From Verrucomicrobiota bacterium (lineage in GTDB: Bacteria; Verrucomicrobiota; Verrucomicrobiia; Limisphaerales; J093), in NCBI GenBank assembly GCA_027493615.1, contig JAOSKK010000038.1, forward strand, positions 907,333 through 971,332: a stretch of 64,000 nt of DNA, written 5' to 3'. How positions within the stretch are numbered: position 1 is the first letter of the stretch; each line of letters opens with the position of its first letter. Below, in pieces: positions 37,168 through 45,174 of the stretch. The notes below the pieces were generated by a model. It searched no databases and had not been told where the DNA came from. It was given only the letters and a program-made list of their open reading frames with translations. Both the position numbers and the translations under genes were made by a program.

Positions 37168-38147
37168 ATGGCGAGTGACGATCGGCAAGGGGCAGGCGGC
37201 AAGGGGCAAGGGGCGAGGGGCATCGTCCTGAACATCCAGCATTTCTCGACGCACGACGGGCCGGGGATGCGCACGACCGTGTTTCTCAAGGGCTGCACGC
37301 TGCGCTGCAAATGGTGCAGCAATCCCGAGAGCATCCATCCCAAATCCGAATTGGGTTACAACCTCAACAAGTGCATCGGCAAGGACCAGTGCGGATTCTG
37401 CCTCAAAGAATGTCCGGAGTCGGCCATCTTCAACGTGGATTCCGACCCGAAGGTTCGCATCAACTGGGACCTCTGCACCAACTGCGGCAAGTGCGTGCCC
37501 GTCTGTCCGCCCCAGGCGCTCTACCTATTCGGCAAGGAAATGACGGTGGATGAGGTGCTCGATGAGGTGGAGCAGGACAGCAGCTTCTATCGGGAATCGG
37601 GCGGTGGCATGACGCTCAGCGGTGGTGAGTGCCAGCTTCAAGCGGATTTCGCTGCGGCGTTGTTGGCTGGTGCGCACCAGCGCGGCATCAACACGGCCAT
37701 TGAGACCGCGTTCAACGTCCCCTGGCCGCACGTCGAAAAGGTCCTGCCCCACGTGGACCTCGTGCTCCATGATCACAAGCTGACCCTTTCCGAACGGCAC
37801 AGGAAATGGACGGGCGTGGACAACCAGCGGATCCTGGAGAACATGAAGCGGGCCTACGAGACCTGGCCGGAGAAGACGTTTGTGGCGAGGACCCCCTGAT
37901 CCCCGGCGTCAACGACGACGAGGAACACATCCGCGCCGTGCTGGCTTTCATCAAGCCCTACAAGAACGTGGTGGGCTACGAACTGCTGCCCTATATGCGG
38001 TTTGGCGAAAGCAAGTACGGGTTCCTGGGCAAGGTTTATGAAATGCAGGATTTCGAACCCCCTTCGGCTGAAACGCTTGCCCGCCTGCGCGCCATCATTG
38101 ACGAGGCATTGGGCCGGGGTGGCGACCGCTCACTTACAGCAAAATGA
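37168..38147 (+). CDS. Glycyl radical enzyme activating enzyme (radical SAM, with two ferredoxin-like clusters); frame break at C5 run 37892-37896
   Basis: GMRTTVFLKGCTLRCKWCSNPE carries the CX3CX2C motif. CIGKDQCGFCLKECP and CTNCGKCVPVCP are the auxiliary 4Fe-4S motifs. SGGE is present. The tail continues in ORF 37806..38147 (LIPGVNDDEEHIRAVLAFIK). Confidence 0.9.
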
Positions 38148-38148
38148 C

Positions 38149-38439
38149 ATGCAACCCCTGACATCATCCACTCCCTCCCGCCGCCAATTCCTGAACCTGC
38201 TGCCAACTCTGGCTGCTGCCATGGCCGGCCCCGCGCTCGTCCGCGCGCAGGAAGGAACCCCGGGGATGAAGCACCGCCAGGATCGCCGTGATGACCGGGG
38301 CGAGCGGCTGCAGCAGCGCGATGACCAGTTCGTCGAACGGCGCGACGACCCGATCGGCGTCCGCGGTCCCCAACGACGCGAGGATCGCCGAGTGGTGCGG
38401 GATGACCGCCGGGTGGATCGCCGCGAGCGAGTCTACTGA
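38149..38439 (+). CDS. Small Tat-signal protein with Arg/Asp-rich mature region
   Basis: ATG at 38149, 2 nt after the activase stop. The twin-arginine signal is MQPLTSSTPSRRQFLNLLPTLAAAMAGPALVRAQ. The mature part is a DRR/RDD-rich region of about 63 aa. Confidence 0.5.
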   Translation: MQPLTSSTPSRRQFLNLLPTLAAAMAGPALVRAQEGTPGMKHRQDRRDDRGERLQQRDDQFVERRDDPIGVRGPQRREDRRVVRDDRRVDRRERVY

Positions 38440-38458
38440 CGACGAGAAAGGACGATCC

Positions 38459-39229
38459 ATGAGAAAAGGCATTTCGACCCTGGCCCTCCTCACGATCTCC
38501 ATGCTGGCAGTCGTCAGGATGGCTCTCGCGCAGGACCCATCCATTGCCCGTCTGGTCCATTTCAGCGCCCCGCCGGCCTCTCGCGTCCAGATCGAGGATG
38601 CCATCAAGAAGCAGATGGACTGGCGTCGCGAGCAGGGGGATTCCTGGCGGTGGCTCACCTGGGAGTACGCGAGCGGCGAGGTGCCCCGGTATTGTGTCGC
38701 GACGTTTGGCCATGACTGGGCGGACTTTGATGCGATGCCGCTGGCTGGCCGCGCGGAGGAAGCGGGAGGAGGGCTGGCATCCACGTTGTCTGCGCTGCCG
38801 CCGGTGGTGCAGTATTTCGAGCACCTCGCAGAGGTGAGCGATTACGGGAGCCCGACGAACACGCCGACCGTGGCCGAGATTTCGCTCTACCAGTTGCACT
38901 ATGGCAAGCAGGCCCAATTCTACGCGGCGCTGCGCGAGTTTCACGCTGCTCTGAGCCGGGTCGGCGGGGTGAATCGCTACGAGTGGTTCGAGCTGCGCAG
39001 CGGCGGTGAAACCCCTCAGTTCCTGCTCCTGTTGCCGCGAGCCAACTGGGCGGCCTTCGACGTGCGCACCGACGCGCTACGCGACGCCCTGGAGCAGGCG
39101 CTGGGAAAACGGAAAGCCGCCCGAGTATTCGAACAGTTCACTGCCGCTGTGAGGCTGCACGTGCGGTGCGCGGTGCGATTGCGCCCCGACCTTTCCTTGC
39201 TGCCCGCGGCGGGTGATTCGAGACCGTGA
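38459..39229 (+). CDS. Secreted hypothetical protein
   Basis: ATG at 38459 gives MRKGISTLALLTISMLAVVRMALAQ, a signal peptide. It is the remainder of ORF 38288..39229. No family recognised. Confidence 0.55.
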   Translation: MRKGISTLALLTISMLAVVRMALAQDPSIARLVHFSAPPASRVQIEDAIKKQMDWRREQGDSWRWLTWEYASGEVPRYCVATFGHDWADFDAMPLAGRAEEAGGGLASTLSALPPVVQYFEHLAEVSDYGSPTNTPTVAEISLYQLHYGKQAQFYAALREFHAALSRVGGVNRYEWFELRSGGETPQFLLLLPRANWAAFDVRTDALRDALEQALGKRKAARVFEQFTAAVRLHVRCAVRLRPDLSLLPAAGDSRP

Positions 39230-39295
39230 GGCGGCTCCTCATCAATCACAGGGATCCTCAGACGCGGATGTGACAAGGCAGGTTCATACGGAACC

Positions 39296-40215
39296 ATGGA
39301 CTACGACATGGAACTGAGGCACACAACCCCCATCTGCAAGGCACTCTTCGTGGCCGCAATCGGCTTCGCCGGCATCGTGCTGTCCGCCTGCGCTCAGGAC
39401 TCCGATGACTTCGACCGCACCCTCACCCTCGCGCCCGCCGACGCTACGTCCTCGGGCGGTGGCGGCTCGAGCGTAGGAGACGAGCCGTCCCAAGCCGCCG
39501 ATCTCGCCAAGCAGCTCGCCAACCCGGTCGCGGCTTTGATGAGCATCCCGATCCAAAACAACTTCGACTGGGGCGCCGGACCGAACGGCGACGGCTTCCA
39601 ATACAAGGTCAACATCCAGCCGGTTGTTCCGATCACTCTCAGCGAGAACTGGAACGTCATCTCGCGCACCATCCTCCCGGTCGTCTACCAGGAGAACATC
39701 ATTGGCACCTCCAGCCAGTCCGGGCTCTCGGACACGTTGCAGAGCCTCTTCTTCTCCCCCAAGGCGCCGACGGGAGGCGGCTGGATTTGGGGCGCCGGTC
39801 CGGCGTTCCTCCTACCCACCGCTACTGATGATCTGCTCGGCGCGGAGCAATGGGGGCTGGTCCGACCGCGGTGGTGCTCAAGCAGCAGAAGGGCTGGACC
39901 TACGGGATGCTGGCCAACCACATCTGGTCGTTTGCCGGGGAGAGCGGTCGCCAAGACGTGAACGCCACGTTCCTCCAGCCGTTTCTTACCTACACGACCA
40001 GGAAGCAGACCACGTTCAAGTTCAACACCGAGACCATCTACGACTGGGGCAACGAACAGTGGATCGTGCCCCTCAACCTGATGGTTGCGCAGCTCGTGAA
40101 GATCGGCAGGACGCCCGTCCAGTTTGAGATGGGCGGCCGCCGTTACGCCGAGCACGCCAACGATGGTCCGGAGTGGGGGCTGCGGTTTTCAGTGACCTTC
40201 TTGTTCCCCAAGTGA
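39296..40215 (+). CDS. Putative outer-membrane beta-barrel protein (paralog 1); one frame break near 39850
   Basis: It has a signal peptide and the conserved LAKQLANPVAALMSIPIQNNFDWG. Alternating beta-strand-like segments follow, and the protein ends ...WGLRFSVTFLFPK. Pieces are 39296..39961 and 39850..40215. It is a paralog of 44231..45089. Confidence 0.65.
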
Positions 40216-40467
40216 CCCGGCACCAAGGCATGGCTGATCGAGACTCTCGACCGTTGGAAGGCCTGGGACGGAAGATCCCTCGCGAGGCGATGCCTCAGAC
40301 CTGCAACGTGTGCCATCGTGGATCACGCCCTTCGGAGTCGCAGCTCGCTGTTCCTCGCCTCGCTACACCTGGAATCCTCGTCGACTGGGGCAGGCATGAA
40401 ACCTGACTCAATCACACCGGATTCTCCCGGACGAGGATACCAGCGCTAGCCGAGAGACCAGATCGTC

Positions 40468-42272
40468 ATGTTCCCTCAACTCTGGAAGAGCCGATGGCCG
40501 CTGCTCGCGGTCGCGCTGTCATTCCAGATGCTCGAGAACCTCCTGTTCGCTCCTTCCATGGGCGTGATCGGCGGGGTCATGGTCGGTCGGCCGGTCGTGG
40601 ACAGCACTGCGCTGGTTGAGTTCCTCCTGTCGCCCCGAGGTTTCGCCGTGTTCTTTCTTGCGGCGACCGTGTCCCTGACGATCCGACTCACCGAACACGC
40701 TGGATTGTCCGCCATGGTGTTGGGCGCACTGGAGGGGAAACGACCTCGCGCGACGGCGACCTTCCGTTGGCTGGTCGCGGAACTGCCCAGGCTTGCGGCG
40801 ATAGGCGCCCGGGTTGTCGGCTGGGGCGTGCTGCTGGTGACCCCTCCCTTGGCCGTGGCGGGAGTGCTCGTCCCGCGCCTGTTGAAGCAACACGACATCA
40901 ACTACTATCTCGCGAGTCGCCCACCGGAGTTCATCAACACTGCGGCCGCGATCGCGGCGGTCGCGGCGGCGACGCTCAGCGTGGGGGTGTGTCTGCTGGT
41001 CCGCTGGCGGCTGGTGGTGCAGGTCTGCATATTCGACCGCCGGAACGGCAAGGCGGCGTTTCAGGAGGCTGCGGTGCTCAGTCGCGGCGTCTGGGGAAAA
41101 CTGGCCGGGCGCTGCTTCGCGGTGATGGGGCTGCTCTTGGTGCTGCTGGTTGCCGCGGCGGGCTCGGAGCAAATCGGCGTCTGGCTGGTGCTGGGCCTCG
41201 CGGATTCCGGGGAGCTTTCCTTGTCGGTCTCATTCGGACTGATCCTCTTGCTCCGTACGCTGATTGGCGCCAGCGTGACCGCGCTGGGTGCTGGCGTGGA
41301 TGCCGCGTTGTTCACGGCATTCTACCGCCAGCGTCGGCGCCAACTGGGAGGTGCACCGCCATCGCTGGTCGTCGAACAGGAGAGCACTTCCCGCCAGTCG
41401 TTGCCCACTTGGGCGAAGGGCTTCGCCGGGTCGCTGGTGCTCGGCCTCCTGGCAGCAGCGGGAATGAGCGTGGTCCTGGCCGCGGACGCGCTCCGACACG
41501 AGGGCCGATTACCGTCACGGCCCATCGAGGGGATCACCGACGCGCCCCCGAGAACACTGCCGCCGCGGTCCGCGAGGCCATCACCGTGGGGGCCGATTAC
41601 GCGGAGATTGATGTCCAGATCTCAAAGGACGGCGTCTTGGTGGTGACGCATGATAGTGATTTCTCCCGGATGGCGGGTGTGGCAAAGAAGGTCTGGGAGT
41701 TGACGTACGAGGAGATTCGTACGATTCCGCTTGGCGCGAAGGCGGCGCCGGAGTTCCGCGACGAACGTGTACCGACATTCGATGGAGTCCTGGTGGCCGC
41801 GAGCAACCGCCTACGGTTGAACATCGAGTTGAAGTATTACGGCGATCACCAACCTCGGCTGGCGGAGCGCGTGGTGGAGACCGTTCGGGCCCGGCACATG
41901 ACCCACCAGGTCATCATCCAGTGCCTCGAACACGAGCCGTTGACGGAGGTCCGCCGGCTCGCCCCGGAGATCTCCGTCGGCTACCTGATGTCCGTGAACG
42001 CCGCCCGTCCAGGACGGCTGAAGGTGGACTTCCTCAGCGCCGAACGGGCCCGCATTACTGGCGCGTTCGTGCAGGCCGCGCACCGGCGCGGTCAGCGGGT
42101 GCATGTCTGGACGGTGGATAAGCCGGAGGACATGGAGCGAATGATTGATCTCGGCGTGGACGACCTGATCACGAACGAACCGGCGGAGGCCTTGCGCCGG
42201 GTGCGCGCCTACGAAGCGCTCCCCGAACCCGAACGCCGCCTGCGCCGGATTCATGCCTGGCTGGCTGGTTGA
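40468..42272 (+). CDS. Membrane-anchored glycerophosphodiester phosphodiesterase (GDPD) family protein; one frame break near 41500
   Basis: The N-terminal multi-TM domain lies in ORF 40468..41646. The GDPD catalytic domain lies in the frame of ORF 40767..42272 (ITVTAHRGDHRRAPENT, AEIDVQISKDGVLVVTHD, VHVWTVD). Confidence 0.85.
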
Positions 42273-42366
42273 ACGCTCCCGCGTATGAAACGACTGAGCG
42301 AACCTCGAGCTAGGGCGCCAGCTGTTGAACCAACTGCCGGAACGATTCGAGTTCACCAATGAACCC

Positions 42367-42741
42367 ATGATCACGACCGCCGTTTTCGACACCAAACCGT
42401 ACGACCGTGAGCCGCTGCAGCACGCGGCGGCCAAGAGCAGCATCGAGTGGCGCTTCCTCGACTTTCGCCTCACGAACGAAACTGCGCCGCTTGCCAAAGA
42501 CGCCCAAGCCGTCTGCGTCGTTGTCAACGACCAGGTGGATCGGCCCTGCCTTGAGGCGTTGGCTCCCCAGGGCGTCAAGCTCGTGATCCTGCGCTGCACG
42601 GGCTTCAACAACGTGGATATCGCCGCCGCCAAAGCGCTGAAACTGGCCGTCTCGCGCGTCCCGGTCTATTCGCCTGACTCGGTGGCCGAGTATACCGTCG
42701 CGTTGCTGCTGGCGCTTAACCGCAAGATTCATCGCGCCTAA
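42367..42741 (+). pseudogene. Truncated D-isomer 2-hydroxyacid (D-lactate) dehydrogenase, N-terminal about 125 codons only
   Basis: MITTAVFDTKPYD...AVCVVVNDQVDRPCLEALAPQGVKLVILRCTGFNNVDIAAAKALKLAVSRVPVYSPDSVAEYTVALLLALNRKIHRA followed by a stop. It is colinear with E. coli LdhA residues 1 to about 125, which continue YQRTRD... The NAD-binding domain is missing. Confidence 0.75.
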
Positions 42742-42743
42742 CC

Positions 42744-42983
42744 GTGCTCGCGAGCAGCTTCACCGCAGCGGGTCTGGTGGCCATCACCGTCGCCGTGCAT
42801 GCCGCGGGGTTTGCCCTGGTGCTGCGGTCCTTCATGAGATCGCACGCTACACCGCCCACACAATTCTGGCCGATCGAGGGATTGACCGGCATCCTCATGT
42901 GTGGACTTTCGGCCGGTTTCTTGTTCGCGTTGGTCACGCGCATCTACTCGTCACGGCGGTCTCCCAAACCCAATCCAGCATGA
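42744..42983 (+). CDS. Short 2-TM ORF of uncertain status (small membrane protein or gene remnant)
   Basis: 79 aa with two hydrophobic segments (AAGLVAITVAVHAAGFALVL and LTGILMCGLSAGFLFALV). It resembles the N-terminus of 2-TM ion channels but lacks a pore region. It is squeezed between the ldhA remnant and the antiporter start. Confidence 0.25.
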   Translation: MLASSFTAAGLVAITVAVHAAGFALVLRSFMRSHATPPTQFWPIEGLTGILMCGLSAGFLFALVTRIYSSRRSPKPNPA

Positions 42984-44125
42984 AACACTTGCTCGACGAT
43001 GTCCGACACAATCCGCTGCTCTGGCTGCTGGCCCTCGTTCCCGTCGTGCTGGTGGCGGAGAGGTTCTGGCACGAGTCGCCCACGCTGCTCTTCGTGTTGT
43101 CTGTCCTGGCCATCGTGCCCTTGGCGGCGTTGCTCAGTCACGCCACCGAATCCGTGGCGGCCAAAACCGGCGATGCGGTGGGGGGGCTGCTCAACGCCAC
43201 GTTGGGGAATCTGACCGAACTGATCATCGCGCTCGCAGCGCTGCGTGCCGGAGAGTACATGCTGGTGAAAGCCTCCATTGCGGGCGCCATTGTCGCCAAC
43301 ACGTTATTCATGCTGGGGGCGTCTTTTCTTCTCGGCGGCCTCAAGCACCACGTGCAGGAATACAACCGCGTCGGCGCCCGCATGCAGGCAGGTCTGCTCT
43401 TCCTGGCCACCATCGCGCTGTTGATACCTTCGGCGGTCTCCCAGGCCGATTCCGCGACGGCGGCCGCCTTCACCCGGAAGTTGAGCCTGGGGCTGGCGGT
43501 GCTGCTCATCGTGGCCTACGGGCTGGGCATGCTCTTCTCGCTCAAGACGCACCGCGAGTTGTTTGCGGGCGCGGAATCCGGTGAGGCCGGTGAGGCGCCG
43601 TGGCCGATCAACGTGGCCCTGGCCACCCTCGCCGGGGTGACCGTGCTGGTCGCCCTGGTGAGCGAAGTTTTTGTTGAGTCGGTTCAGAAGGCGGCGGAGA
43701 CGTTCGGGATGACCCCAGCGTTCGTTGGATTCATCGTGGTGGCGCTTGTGGGCGGCGCGGCGGAAATGGCCTCGGCGTTTTCCGGGGCGCGCAAGGACCG
43801 GCTGGACCTGAGCGTAGGCATCGCCTTGGGCAGCGCGTCCCAGATCGCGCTCTTTGTCGCGCCGGTGCTGGTCATCGTGAGCTACTTCATCGGCCCATCG
43901 CCGATGGACCTTCAATTCTGGCCGGGCGCGGTGGTGATGATGCTCATTGCTGCCATTACGGCCGCGTTCGTGACCAACAGTGGGCGTTCGACATGGTTCG
44001 TTGGGGCGTTGGTGCTGATGGTGTATCTGATTTTTGGCATGACACTCTACTTGTTGCCGCCACGCGCACATTTGAATGTTCGTTCCACCAGGAACTGCTT
44101 CCAGCTCAGCTCACGACGCCTATGA
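42980..44125 (+). CDS. Ca2+/H+ antiporter (CaCA/CAX family)
   Basis: ATG at 42980 (MKHLLDDVRHNPLLWLL). The two alpha-repeat signatures are GLLNATLGNLTELIIA and ALVGGAAEMASAF. It has about 11 TM segments. Confidence 0.9.
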   Translation: MKHLLDDVRHNPLLWLLALVPVVLVAERFWHESPTLLFVLSVLAIVPLAALLSHATESVAAKTGDAVGGLLNATLGNLTELIIALAALRAGEYMLVKASIAGAIVANTLFMLGASFLLGGLKHHVQEYNRVGARMQAGLLFLATIALLIPSAVSQADSATAAAFTRKLSLGLAVLLIVAYGLGMLFSLKTHRELFAGAESGEAGEAPWPINVALATLAGVTVLVALVSEVFVESVQKAAETFGMTPAFVGFIVVALVGGAAEMASAFSGARKDRLDLSVGIALGSASQIALFVAPVLVIVSYFIGPSPMDLQFWPGAVVMMLIAAITAAFVTNSGRSTWFVGALVLMVYLIFGMTLYLLPPRAHLNVRSTRNCFQLSSRRL

Positions 44126-44230
44126 CCCACGAATGCATTACATTCTCCGAGCGCGCGATCGAACCTGACGAGCCCGTCGCAGGCACGGTGTCTGGCCTGG
44201 GCGACATCCGCAGCTTGGTGCCCCCTGCTC

Positions 44231-45089
44231 TTGACCGCGCTGGGCCTCGCCGGCAACGCGTTGCCCGCCTGGGCTCAAGACACAGGAAGCGTCTACCGCC
44301 CGCTCCCCCTGGCGCCCGCCGACACGACTTCCTCAGGCGGTGCTGCCTCGGGGGCTGAGGACGAGAAGGCCAAAGCGGCCGAACTGGCCAAGCAGACCCT
44401 GAACCCGATTGCCAGCCTGATCAGTGTGCCCTTCCAGAACAACTGGGACTTTGGGATCGGCCCCTCCGACGCCATGAGATACACGCTGAATTTTCACCGG
44501 TCGTCCCGGTCTCGCTTGGCCAGGAGTGGAACCTGATCAGCCGGACGATCCTGCCTTCCATCTATCTTGAATCCACCGCGCCCGGCATCGCCTCGAAACT
44601 CGGTCTGGGCGACACCCTGCAGAGCTTCTGGTTGTCGCCCAAGCGACCCCCGGCGGCTGGATCATGGGGGCGGGGCCGGCCTTGCTCCTACCAACGGCCA
44701 CAGACGGCGCCCTCGGCCAGGGCCAGTGGGGGGCGGGTCCGACGGCCGTCGTCTTGCGGCAGGACAAGGGCTTCACCTATGGCATGCTGGGCAACCACAT
44801 CTGGTCCTATGAAGGATGGGGTGAACCAGCCGTCAACGCCACGTATCTGCAACCGTTCCTGGGCTACACCACCAAGACCCTGACCAGTTTCTTCGTAAAC
44901 ACGGAATCCACTTACGACTGGCAAGGCGAACAGTGGACGGTGCCGGTGAATTTCATGGTCAACCAGATGGTTAAGGTGGGCAAGCAGCCGATCAGCCTCC
45001 AACTGGGCTATCGCTCTTATGCGGAAGGGCCGGCCGGGGCACCCGACTGGGGACTTCGTCTGACGGTCACTTTCCTGTTCCCGAAATAG
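44231..45089 (+). CDS. Putative outer-membrane beta-barrel protein (paralog 2); frame broken about twice; start uncertain
   Basis: LAKQTLNPIASLISVPFQNNWDFG lies in ORF 44231..44536. The middle lies in another frame (QPVVPVSLGQEWNLISRTILPSIY). The C-terminus lies in ORF 44664..45089 and ends ...WGLRLTVTFLFPK. By eye the C-terminal half is about 60% identical to 39296..40215. Confidence 0.65.
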
Positions 45090-45174
45090 GCCGCCCACGG
45101 GATGGCTGGCCGGGCCCAAGACGCCGCCGCGCTGAACCGCGCTACGAAGCTCCCGGCGAGCTTCACGCGAGGCG

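Noticed and set aside
28947-38147. The GRE island as a glycyl-radical bacterial microcompartment (GRM) locus.
   Set aside because: No BMC-H, BMC-T or BMC-P shell protein signatures occur anywhere in the window. There are no aldehyde dehydrogenase or phosphotransacylase core genes either.
42741-42983. Simple continuation of the D-lactate dehydrogenase gene by a single indel after the stop at 42739-42741.
   Set aside because: Only about 6 residues (YNRARE) continue plausibly in a shifted frame. The following about 130 nt do not match the NAD-binding domain in any frame, and only about 240 nt remain before the antiporter gene. The gene is truly truncated. The IEGLTG match further on may be a relic or chance.
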